A stretch of 62,884 nt of DNA, counting the filler. It is 9 parts of 9 records of this genome, joined end to end, with 100 filler letters (N's around TTAATTAATTAA, not from the genome) between each part and the next. Parts side by side here need not be neighbours in the genome. Positions count along the whole stretch, not along the records: positions 1 to 6,290 come from SRR31147125_46814; positions 6,391 to 12,519 come from SRR31147125_46915; 7 more parts are not named here. The stretch is one strand, 5' to 3'. This document shows, piece by piece, positions 1-8,647 of the stretch. The notes beneath the pieces were generated by a model. It was not told the DNA's origin. It ran no database searches and worked only from the letters and a program-made list of their open reading frames with translations. The position numbers and the translations under genes were made by a program. The stretch's first letter is position 1, and the number at the start of each line of letters is the position of its first letter.

Positions 1-1
1 A

Positions 2-436
2 ATTATTCAATTTAACGGGCGAATGAAAGCACTTGTCTCGGCAGCAAAACTATTACAGTCGATACTACCATATATGTGGTTGTATAAAATAAATGCCTGG
101 ATTTTAATTCCTTCGAAAAAACATGCACAATCGCGAAAACTATTTATAAAAGAAGCGGTTAAACTTGGCGATCGTGAATTTAAAAAGTGGTTGAAAATGA
201 CCGCCGAAATAAAAGAAAACCTTCAGGAATTTGTTATAAAAGAAGCTTCGGCACCGGTATTATATATTATGGGCGATCGCGATCATATGTTTTTACCAAT
301 GGTAACAAACCTGGTGAAAAAACATATTAATTCAACTCTCGAAATTATTAAAAACAGCGGTCATGTTTGTAATCTCGATCAACCCGAAGAATTTAACGAA
401 CGTTCAATTCAATTTATTAAAACAATTTCAAATTAA
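2..436 (+). CDS. alpha/beta hydrolase, 5'-truncated at window edge
   Basis: C-terminal PVLYIMGDRD...SGHVCNLDQPEEFN (Asp/His of the triad); frame open back to base 2. Confidence 0.8.
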   Translation: MIQFNGRMKALVSAAKLLQSILPYMWLYKINAWILIPSKKHAQSRKLFIKEAVKLGDREFKKWLKMTAEIKENLQEFVIKEASAPVLYIMGDRDHMFLPMVTNLVKKHINSTLEIIKNSGHVCNLDQPEEFNERSIQFIKTISN

Positions 437-621
437 TATTCCCAGTTATCCTAATTTATCCCCATTCTAAATTTATTGCCAAAATAAATTAATTCGCAAG
501 TATTGAATATATTTCGTGTCTTAAACTCAATCTTATTGAATTCAAACAAATAGTAATTAACTATTTTCTTTTTTATTAAGATCATTTTTAAACCTTAAAC
601 AATTGCAGCAATCTTAGCAAT

Positions 622-1011
622 ATGCATATTGTAACAAAAATATTCATGCTGGTTTTTTGTTTTTCTATTTGTAATAATATTTCAGCAAAACAGAACGATT
701 GTAAAATTGAAATTACAATTAAAAATGAAAAGACAGAATATCAGACAAATGACACATTGGAAGTTATGGTAAAAGTACAACTTGACGAAGAATTTTGTGA
801 TGACGCCGGCGAAAAAACCAAAGTATTCTGTACAGGATTAAAAATCATAAACCGCTCGATGTGGAAAAAAATATCACCAGATGTTTTAGGGCAAAAGCTG
901 ACTTTGGCTGTATATAAAAACAACCTATCGAAATCGATAACTGCTTACCGAAAAAACGTACACCATAATTGTTTTGCTCAAAAAATCATTAATGTTGAGG
1001 AAAAAAATTAG
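622..1011 (+). CDS. secreted hypothetical protein, paralog of 2015-2389
   Basis: N-terminal signal peptide; aligns by eye with 2015-2389 (C-x-I...Y-Q-T-x-D...C...TK...GLK...W...KL); stop abuts next ATG. Confidence 0.75.
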   Translation: MHIVTKIFMLVFCFSICNNISAKQNDCKIEITIKNEKTEYQTNDTLEVMVKVQLDEEFCDDAGEKTKVFCTGLKIINRSMWKKISPDVLGQKLTLAVYKNNLSKSITAYRKNVHHNCFAQKIINVEEKN

Positions 1012-2007
1012 ATGACAAGAATTAATAAAGAAAAGATTTATCCAATTATTATATATGTTGTTCTTGGAGTGCTTTTAGTCGATTTTTTGTATAAAAGTTA
1101 CTATGGAATAACTTACCAAACGCGGGAGAATTGTATTCTTTATGCATCATTACCGCGATGGGCATTTCTAATTTACGAATTTACCATCGACCTTTTAATT
1201 ACTGTTTTGGCAGGTATTTTTGCAGGAACACTTCTTCAACGATATTTTACAAAATACAAGCGATTTTATCCAAAAACCCAAATTTCTGCCTTTTTTTATG
1301 CATCAGTAATTCCGGTTTGTTCTTGTTCTGCAATTCCTGTAATTGGCGCCATGCAAGGAAGAATTAGATTGCGTAATATTATTACGTTTGTGGTTGCAGC
1401 GCCTCTTTTAAATCCATACATAATTGCCTTGTCATTTACAGTTCTCGGAAATGAATATGCTATTCTACGTATTTTAAGTTCAATGTTACTGGCTGTTTCA
1501 ACCGGTTATTTTGCTGAACTTATTGCGCCCAACCTTCAGGTTTCCGACCCCGATAAAATGTTACAATCGAGTTGTACAACTTGTACCGTTCAGGGAAAAA
1601 ACCTGTACTCCGAAACATTTCGGATTTTCAGGCAACTGGTTCCTTATTTACTTGTGGCAGGAGCTATTAGTTTAGTATTTGAATTTATCCAGCCAGCCCT
1701 TTTTCTCGAAAAACTTCAACTAAAAGAAGGACCGTTAAGTTCCATTGTTTTTATGGTTGCCGGCATGCCCATATATTTTTGCAATGGAGCCGATATTTTG
1801 TTTCTGCAACCGCTGGTCAATTTTGGTGGATTGTCATTAGAAACATCACTGGCCTTTTCACTTACTTCAACAGCCATTTGTGTTTCATCGTTTTTAATGC
1901 TGGTAAAATACCTCGGAAAAAAATTAACTATAAATATTTCCCTGTTTATAATGGCAATGACTTTTGTTATCAGCCAGTTGGCAGGTTTTGTACAAATCTT
2001 ATTGTAA
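1012..2007 (+). CDS. DUF318/ArsP-like permease, Cys-rich
   Basis: Polytopic; PVCSCSAIP, FVVAAPLLNP and PIYFCNGAD motifs typical of the family; central CTTC. Confidence 0.8.
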   Translation: MTRINKEKIYPIIIYVVLGVLLVDFLYKSYYGITYQTRENCILYASLPRWAFLIYEFTIDLLITVLAGIFAGTLLQRYFTKYKRFYPKTQISAFFYASVIPVCSCSAIPVIGAMQGRIRLRNIITFVVAAPLLNPYIIALSFTVLGNEYAILRILSSMLLAVSTGYFAELIAPNLQVSDPDKMLQSSCTTCTVQGKNLYSETFRIFRQLVPYLLVAGAISLVFEFIQPALFLEKLQLKEGPLSSIVFMVAGMPIYFCNGADILFLQPLVNFGGLSLETSLAFSLTSTAICVSSFLMLVKYLGKKLTINISLFIMAMTFVISQLAGFVQILL

Positions 2008-2014
2008 TAAAATT

Positions 2015-2389
2015 ATGAAGAAATTGTTTGTTTTAATTCTTTTTACATTTCTGCTTTTGCCATTTCAAAAAGCAGAAGCCTGTGAAATTCATTTCTCGGT
2101 AGTTGGAGATGAAAAAGAAAATTACCAGACCGGAGATGAAATTGTATTAAAGGTAGTAGTGGTATTTACGCATCGTCACTGCCATGAAGGAATAGAAAGC
2201 ACCAAATTTAAATACGATGGTTTAAAAGTTCTTGGAGCTACAAAATGGGAAGAAACCGAATTTGGAACATTCGAACGAAAACTAAAAATTGAAGTAGTTG
2301 AAGATGATGGAGAAAATCTAAAACTGGAAGCCATAAGAACCTGTAGAAAAGAAGGCGGTTTTGGAACAATTAGTTTAAGCAGAGGATAA
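2015..2389 (+). CDS. secreted hypothetical protein with THRHC and RTC motifs
   Basis: ATG at 2015 gives MKKLFVLILF...AEA signal peptide; mature chain has three Cys. Confidence 0.8.
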   Translation: MKKLFVLILFTFLLLPFQKAEACEIHFSVVGDEKENYQTGDEIVLKVVVVFTHRHCHEGIESTKFKYDGLKVLGATKWEETEFGTFERKLKIEVVEDDGENLKLEAIRTCRKEGGFGTISLSRG

Positions 2390-2413
2390 TTATCTCTATT
2401 AATAAAAGCAACA

Positions 2414-3796
2414 ATGAACCAAAGGAAAACTCATTTTCAACATCTTGTTTTTTTCAGTATTATTTTGTTTTTTTCGGGGAACACACTCACTTTAAATGCA
2501 CAGGATTTTCAAGAAAAACAAGATGTTTTTGAAACGTTTACCGACGATTATATTGAAGGCCAAAACCAGGTTTGCGAAAGCTGCAACGATGGGGCTTGTT
2601 CTGTTGGAGCCGGCACAAACATAACAGCCCCTGTTTGGTTAAGGTATTCTATTCTTTCGTTGCTTGCACTTTCCATTGCATTTGTACTTAAAAGAAAATT
2701 CGGATGGCAGGCAGTGGGTATTTTGTTGGTTTTATTTGTACTTGGTTTTATTCCCGACAAACATGTTTGTTTTGATGCTAAAAATCAGAATGAAAATGTA
2801 GTATTATTTGCATCATCATCTTTTGCAGAACCGGAAAAAGATGAAAAAAATAACGTATCGGAAGACACTCGGAAAGATGATTTTAAAGAATTTACTGATG
2901 ATGATTTTGAACAGTTTTCCGATGATGAATTTTCTGAATTTTCCAATGAATTTAATTCCGGTTTTATCGCTGAAACTTCAATAGAAAAAGAGTATACAAT
3001 TCTATCAGATCCCAATTTTATACTCTCCATCGAAATTCTGTTGCTTACCCTTTTAGCCGGAATTCTAATTAAATTTAAGGCAACCCGGAAACTGCGTGTT
3101 TTCTTTTTGATTGGTTCTGTTGTTTATCTGGGTTTTATTAACGGTGCCTGCCCTTGTATGATTTCCAGCTTTCAAAATGTAATTCTTTTTCTTGCCGGAG
3201 TACCTGTAAAACCAGTTCTTTTCATCTGGTTTTTGGGCTTAATACCGCTTACATATTTTTTTGGCAAAGTATGGTGCGGTTGGGTTTGTCATTTAGGAGC
3301 ACTTCAGGAATTTATTTACCGTCCGGGCATTCTCAGCATTTTAAAAAATCAAAAATCTCAAATAATTCTAAAGTATTTCAGAATAGTTGTATTGGCCATT
3401 TTAATTGTACAATTACTCATTACAAAAACCAATATTTTTATTCATTACGATCCTTTTAAAGTAGCTTTCAATCTCTTTTCAGCAAATACGCCAGGCTACA
3501 TTTTACTGGTACTTTTATTAGGCTCTTCGTTGTTAATTTATCGCCCGTTTTGCAGAGCTTTTTGCCCGATTGGACTTATTTTAGGATGGGTAACATACAT
3601 TCCGGGCAGCAGTAAATTACAAAAAAACAACTCTTGCATCGATTGTAAAAGTTGTAGTAACTCGTGTAAATACAATGCCATGGTTTACGAAAACAAAAAA
3701 AGCATATTAAATAACGACGATTGTATTCTTTGCGGAGATTGTTTCGAGAGCTGCAAATTCAATTCACTTGAAATAAAAGGAATAGCAAAAAAATGA
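2414..3796 (+). CDS. membrane 4Fe-4S binding protein (NapH/YccM/NosR C-terminal type) with acidic N-terminal extension
   Basis: GACPC, WCGWVCHLG, FCRAFCPIG and two CxxCxxCxxxC motifs; multiple TM helices; ATGA overlap with next gene. Confidence 0.85.
   Translation: MNQRKTHFQHLVFFSIILFFSGNTLTLNAQDFQEKQDVFETFTDDYIEGQNQVCESCNDGACSVGAGTNITAPVWLRYSILSLLALSIAFVLKRKFGWQAVGILLVLFVLGFIPDKHVCFDAKNQNENVVLFASSSFAEPEKDEKNNVSEDTRKDDFKEFTDDDFEQFSDDEFSEFSNEFNSGFIAETSIEKEYTILSDPNFILSIEILLLTLLAGILIKFKATRKLRVFFLIGSVVYLGFINGACPCMISSFQNVILFLAGVPVKPVLFIWFLGLIPLTYFFGKVWCGWVCHLGALQEFIYRPGILSILKNQKSQIILKYFRIVVLAILIVQLLITKTNIFIHYDPFKVAFNLFSANTPGYILLVLLLGSSLLIYRPFCRAFCPIGLILGWVTYIPGSSKLQKNNSCIDCKSCSNSCKYNAMVYENKKSILNNDDCILCGDCFESCKFNSLEIKGIAKK
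2876..2953 (+). repeat. 8-aa acidic Phe repeat in coding sequence
   Basis: DDFKEFTD-DDFEQFSD-DEFSEFSN-EF, 24-nt period. Confidence 0.8.
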
Positions 3797-5100
3797 AAAG
3801 ATACTTTATTCTGTTCATCATTATTTTTATAGTAAATTCGGTAAAAGCACAATGGGAATGCCCCAGCAAACTGGCCGCTAATTTCGATCCTGTTGGAAAC
3901 AGTTCCTTATTATTGGCCGGCGAAATTAGTGTGAGTACAGGTTTTCTCGATGGCAACTCGATTAACAGTGCTTTAGGATTTCTAGGTGCCGATTATTCAT
4001 TTCATAATCATTCATTTTACTTTGAAGGTGGATTAAAATCGTGGGCGAAATATAATGTTGAAACCGAGAATCTTTTTCATAAAGTGCGGTTTGGAGTACG
4101 CGAGCTTTTTTATCAATATCGTGGAAAAACTAACAACCTGACCGTTGGAATACAAACCTCATCGCTCGACGATCATTTTATTTTAAATGAGCGAATTGCA
4201 GGAATAAATTACAGCATTGAATCGGGGCGTTGGAAATTCACAGCTGTTTCAGGATCGGTAACCAAAGATTTTGCCCGAAATGGCATTTATTGCACAACTG
4301 GGTTTTTATATGAACTCTCAACCGGACAAAATTCTGCCTTGCTGGGAAATACATTGGGAGATAAAAATATGGGAGGTTTTTCACTTACCTATTTCCCGAA
4401 AAAAGAAAAGATGACTGCTCAAATCAGCGAATCACACGACGATGAATTTGAAGCATATGACAGCAACGAATTTGAGGCATTTGACAATAACGAATTTGAA
4501 TCGTTTGAACCGGAACCAACCTCCGGAAAAAGTAATTTTCTAACCGAACTTGAAAAAGCAGGAATTGTTGCATACAGCGAATTTGGAAAATGGATTCAAC
4601 AGCCTCTTTTTATTGCCGGGGCATTTGCCGAAATAAAACTTCCGGGTGACATTTTCTTTAAACCCGAAATTTTAGTTCAGGAAGCCACTGAAAATAAAGC
4701 GTTGATTTATATAACAGAACTAGACAAAACCATAAGTTTAAAAAATGGGCACCGGCTCACATTAAATACCGGATGGTATAATTTTACTGAAATCGATAAA
4801 GGAGCAATGCTTTTAAATTCGTACAGTAATATTCTGGCAGGCGAAGTTTTACGGCTCGATGCAGCCAACATGCCCTTTTATCTTTTTGGAATTAAATACA
4901 ATATTCCATCAACAAAATTACATTTCAAAATTCAAAATGTAAATCAGTTCAACAGTAATAATCTTAAAGAATGGGATTTGGCAATTGGCAAACAATTTAA
5001 AAAGAAACTTTTGGTTAATACAAAATTTGGGTTGATAAATGGAGGCGATCTCCCTGAAAACATATTTTTAGGAAGATTAGAAATTAGGTATTATTTCTAA
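3793..5100 (+). CDS. putative outer-membrane beta-barrel protein
   Basis: Signal peptide ending VKA-Q; alternating amphipathic strands; C-terminal RLEIRYYF barrel-type signal. Confidence 0.7.
   Translation: MKRYFILFIIIFIVNSVKAQWECPSKLAANFDPVGNSSLLLAGEISVSTGFLDGNSINSALGFLGADYSFHNHSFYFEGGLKSWAKYNVETENLFHKVRFGVRELFYQYRGKTNNLTVGIQTSSLDDHFILNERIAGINYSIESGRWKFTAVSGSVTKDFARNGIYCTTGFLYELSTGQNSALLGNTLGDKNMGGFSLTYFPKKEKMTAQISESHDDEFEAYDSNEFEAFDNNEFESFEPEPTSGKSNFLTELEKAGIVAYSEFGKWIQQPLFIAGAFAEIKLPGDIFFKPEILVQEATENKALIYITELDKTISLKNGHRLTLNTGWYNFTEIDKGAMLLNSYSNILAGEVLRLDAANMPFYLFGIKYNIPSTKLHFKIQNVNQFNSNNLKEWDLAIGKQFKKKLLVNTKFGLINGGDLPENIFLGRLEIRYYF
4441..4512 (+). repeat. 8-aa acidic Phe repeat in coding sequence
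   Basis: DEFEAYDS-NEFEAFDN-NEFESFEP, 24-nt period. Confidence 0.8.
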
Positions 5101-5111
5101 AATTTTAAAAT

Positions 5112-6131
5112 GTGAAGAAGAATCTAGCACAAACAGGAAGACGCAATTTCATTTTAACAGGTTCAAAATGGGTGACAGGAAGTATTTTGTTAAGTCAATT
5201 AACTACTTCGTGTAACGAAAGTTTTTATCAGACACTTTTAATCGATAAAACTTCATGCATTGGATGCAACGATTGCTATTCTGTTTGCAACTTTAATGCC
5301 ATTGAAATTACAGGAAAATCGGCATATAACATTGAAGAAAACAGCTGTACTTTATGTGGCTGGTGTGTCGATAATTGCGAAGAAAACGCAATAAATGTCC
5401 CGGTCGAAAACTATTTAATCAATAATTTGCTTTGTACCGACTGTTCAGAGTGTGTGCCTTACTGCAATTACAATGCAATTTCAATTGCCGGAGCTTCTAC
5501 GTACGAAATAGAATCGGGTTGTGTAGGATGTGGCGATTGTATTACTGCTTGCGAAAATGAAGGAGATGCAATCACGTATGTAGTTAGTAATTATTCGGTT
5601 AAATCAAATTGCCATGGATGTGTTGGGCGTTGTTCAGGTGTATGCAGCGACAAAGCGATTTCAAAGATTGGAGGGAAAGCCTCTATTAATACTTCTAAAT
5701 GTACAAAATGTGGAAAATGCCTGGCTGCCTGTCGACATAATGCTATTAGTAAAGCGTATGTTAAAATAGTTCAGGATAAATGTATAAAATGCGGAAGTTG
5801 TTACGAGGCCTGCACGTATAAACATATAAATAAGTCAGATACTAATTCTTCGGTTGAAGCATCAACAATCGTAAGAACTGCATGTACAAATTGTGGAGAA
5901 TGTATCGATCACTGTCAGCAAGAGGCAATTTATATTGAAAAAACAGCAAATTATTTCACTCCGGTAATCGATAATAATTTATGTTCGGCCTGTGGTAAAT
6001 GTTTTGATACCTGTTCGGTCAATTCAGCCATAACACGCAAGTTGGCTACTGTAGAAATAAATCAGGAGAATTGTATGAAATGTATGAACTGCAAAGAAAT
6101 CTGCAATTCTAATGCAATTGATTTAACTTAG
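5112..6131 (+). CDS. polyferredoxin with ten 4Fe-4S motifs and a Tat/lipoprotein signal
   Basis: GTG start; TGRRNFIL twin-arginine motif; TTS-C34 lipobox-like; nine CxxCxxCxxxC plus one CxxCxxxCxxxC. Confidence 0.85.
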   Translation: MKKNLAQTGRRNFILTGSKWVTGSILLSQLTTSCNESFYQTLLIDKTSCIGCNDCYSVCNFNAIEITGKSAYNIEENSCTLCGWCVDNCEENAINVPVENYLINNLLCTDCSECVPYCNYNAISIAGASTYEIESGCVGCGDCITACENEGDAITYVVSNYSVKSNCHGCVGRCSGVCSDKAISKIGGKASINTSKCTKCGKCLAACRHNAISKAYVKIVQDKCIKCGSCYEACTYKHINKSDTNSSVEASTIVRTACTNCGECIDHCQQEAIYIEKTANYFTPVIDNNLCSACGKCFDTCSVNSAITRKLATVEINQENCMKCMNCKEICNSNAIDLT

Positions 6132-6235
6132 ATTCTGAGTCCAATTTTAAAACTGAGGTTTTTATTATTAGAAATCCGTCAATCTGCATTCGTTGTTTAC
6201 CAATAACTCTGAATAGATACCTTCAATTAATTTAA

Positions 6236-6266
6236 AATAAAAAAGGGGTAACCTCTGTCACCCCTT
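6236..6266 (-). terminator. intrinsic terminator of a convergent gene, possibly bidirectional
   Basis: Minus strand AAGGGGTGAC-AGAG-GTTACCCCTT followed by a T run. Confidence 0.65.
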
Positions 6267-6290
6267 AACCAAATCTATCTTTGTAACCAA

Positions 6291-6390
6291 NNNNNNNNNN
6301 NNNNNNNNNNNNNNNNNNNNNNNNNNNNNNNNNNTTAATTAATTAANNNNNNNNNNNNNNNNNNNNNNNNNNNNNNNNNNNNNNNNNNNN
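6291..6390. other. artificial contig linker
   Basis: N run with central TTAATTAATTAA (stops in all six frames). Confidence 0.98.
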
Positions 6391-6463
6391 CGAACCCTTT
6401 AGGGTGAAGCAATCCAGGGCTAATAGTTTATGCTCGGGATTGCTTCGCTACGCTCGCAATGAC
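6391..6463. repeat. REP/REPIN-like palindromic element, cut by contig edge
   Basis: GAAGCAATCC...GGATTGCTTC inverted repeat followed by GCTACGCTCGCAATGAC. Confidence 0.7.
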
Positions 6464-6479
6464 GAGTTCTCCATCTATC

Positions 6480-7403
6480 TTATGTTGTCCACTCCAAATC
6501 AGTTTCTCTCGTCCAAGATTCCTTAATAATGTTACTTATATCAAAAATTGCTCGATCAATATCTTTCAAACGATATTCGATTCTGTCAGATACAAAGTGT
6601 GAGAATTCCTTATCACTAATAAAAAAGTCCAAAATAATAATTCCATCACTAAGCTCTGTATTAATTCCAATAGGTGTTGAACAATCTGCGCCTAAGATTT
6701 TTAAAATTCCAAATTCAATTTCAGAGATAGTTCGTTGGTGGCCCGAATCGATTTTGGAGATGGCTTTAATCGTTTCCAAGTCGTCATTTCTGGTTTCTAT
6801 AGCAATGACACCCTGACCTGGGGCCGGAATAAAATCTCTTTTGTTAAGAATTTCTGTTACACGATCTTCCTTTGAAAGTCTTTTAAGCCCAGCATATGCA
6901 AGAATGATGGCATCGTACTGGCCTTCGTCCATCTTCTTAATACGAGTTTCAATATTTCCCCTTATAGGTTTAACATTTAGCTCTGGACGAATATTCTTTA
7001 AGATAGCTGTTCTTCTAGGACTTCCAGTTCCAACGTGCGAATCATCAGTGAGATCGCTGAGTGTCTTACCTATTAGCACATCTGAATTGTCTTCTCTGTC
7101 TAGGAAGGCGGCTAATGTAAAATCGGAGGATACTTCGGCAGGTATATCTTTTAGTGAATGAACAGCTGCATCAATTTCATCTTTCAAAAGTGCTAGTTCA
7201 AGCTCTTTAATAAAGATTCCTTTGCCGCCAACTTCAGTAATTGGTCGATCTCTTTTTCGATCGCCTGAAGTTTCTATTTTTATGATTTCTATATCAGAAT
7301 CGCAAAAGCCGTTATCAAGAAGTTCATCAATAACAATTTGTGTCTGTGCTAGTGCTAAGCTTGATGCTCGAGTTCCGATTCTCAGTTTTTTCTGAATAGT
7401 CAT
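6480..7403 (-). CDS. hemC: hydroxymethylbilane synthase
   Basis: IGTRASSLALAQ, GKGIFIKELE, VHSLKD, IRGNIETR, PAPGQG; cofactor Cys in ADCSTPIG. Confidence 0.95.
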   Translation of the reverse strand: MTIQKKLRIGTRASSLALAQTQIVIDELLDNGFCDSDIEIIKIETSGDRKRDRPITEVGGKGIFIKELELALLKDEIDAAVHSLKDIPAEVSSDFTLAAFLDREDNSDVLIGKTLSDLTDDSHVGTGSPRRTAILKNIRPELNVKPIRGNIETRIKKMDEGQYDAIILAYAGLKRLSKEDRVTEILNKRDFIPAPGQGVIAIETRNDDLETIKAISKIDSGHQRTISEIEFGILKILGADCSTPIGINTELSDGIIILDFFISDKEFSHFVSDRIEYRLKDIDRAIFDISNIIKESWTRETDLEWTT

Positions 7404-7406
7404 TGT

Positions 7407-8411
7407 TTAATTTCCGAAGATACCAGGCTTTAAAAAGCCTAGTTTATTTTCAATAAATCGTTCGATTTTTGTCATCGAAGATTTTCTAAGTTTCATGTTT
7501 TTGTCGATAGTTTCTTTTAAATCATCAATTGAGAAGAGGGCAACGTTGGGAAGATCTGCAATATCAGGTTCAACATTTCTAGGAATTGAAATATCGATGA
7601 TTGAAAGCTTTCTGCCCAGTTTCTTGATCTGATTACTAGAAATCAGATGAGATTTAGAGTTTGTCGCTGTTACAACAACATCCGATTTTTCGAGAAGTTC
7701 TGTTAAATCTCCAAATTTCAAGGCCTCGCCACCTATTTGGCTTGAGAGATCTTTTGCTTTAGAATGTGTTCTGTTGACCAAAAAGATCTTGGAAGCACCT
7801 CGTTTTGCCAGGTGTTTTGCTGTGATAGATCCCATTTCACCACAACCAACGACAAGATAACTCGATTCCTTTGGGTCGGCAATATCGCAGGCCTGTTTTG
7901 CTGCAGCTGAACCGATTGATGTGATACCGTTGTTAATTTCTGTCTCAGTTCTTACTTGCTTTCCGAGGGCAAGAGCTGTTTGAAAGAGTTTATTTAAATA
8001 TGGACCAGACCCGCCAACCTTTTTGCTTAAAAGATAAGCATCTCTGATTTGCCCGAGGATCTGCGGTTCGCCAATAACCATAGATTCTAGTCCCGCGGCG
8101 ACGCGAAAGAGATGTTTTACTACATCTTCACAGAAGAAAATGTACATTTTCTTTCGGATATTCTCTGTTGGTAGTTCATGAATTTCACTTAAGAAATCCA
8201 TTATATAAGAACTGACTGCAGTTGGTTTGTCACAAACTACATAAATTTCAATGCGATTGCATGTAGTTAATATTACACACTCTGAAATCCCATCGATTGA
8301 TTTTATATTTTTTATGATTTTTGGTTTGATATTGTCATCAAAATGAATGCTTTCTCTCATCTTGAGAGATGATCTCTTGAAGTCTGTTCCGATTACTAGG
8401 GTGTGTTTCAT
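7407..8411 (-). CDS. hemA: glutamyl-tRNA reductase, short C-terminus
   Basis: TCNRIE catalytic Cys, HLFRVAAGLESMVIGEPQILGQ, GCGEMG, DISIPRNVE; likely start MKHTL at 8411. Confidence 0.92.
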   Translation of the reverse strand: MKHTLVIGTDFKRSSLKMRESIHFDDNIKPKIIKNIKSIDGISECVILTTCNRIEIYVVCDKPTAVSSYIMDFLSEIHELPTENIRKKMYIFFCEDVVKHLFRVAAGLESMVIGEPQILGQIRDAYLLSKKVGGSGPYLNKLFQTALALGKQVRTETEINNGITSIGSAAAKQACDIADPKESSYLVVGCGEMGSITAKHLAKRGASKIFLVNRTHSKAKDLSSQIGGEALKFGDLTELLEKSDVVVTATNSKSHLISSNQIKKLGRKLSIIDISIPRNVEPDIADLPNVALFSIDDLKETIDKNMKLRKSSMTKIERFIENKLGFLKPGIFGN

Positions 8412-8557
8412 ATCGAGAACGATTATTATTCGAAGTAGGGGAATAGTCAAGAAGGCAGTGAGAAATAGTTATACCCCTTTATGTAAAGTGATGTCTAAAG
8501 CCTTAAAAGTGTCATCCTTATGGTTTCAAGTCTTGCTATACTCGGGCTGTATACACT

Positions 8558-8628
8558 GTCATCCTCGGGCTAGACCCGAGGATCTTGCTCAATAAGGTCT
8601 AGATCACCGGGCCAAGCCCGAGGATGAC
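8558..8628. repeat. REPIN-like palindromic element
   Basis: GTCATCCTCGGGCTAGACCCGAGGATC...GATCACCGGGCCAAGCCCGAGGATGAC; two hairpins in inverted orientation. Confidence 0.75.
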
Positions 8629-8647
8629 GTTCTTCAGAAAATTATAG

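Noticed and set aside
3790-3800. TGA ending the 4Fe-4S protein as selenocysteine
   Set aside because: It is an ordinary ATGA stop/start overlap after a complete domain; no Cys-aligned in-frame TGA was seen in the operon.
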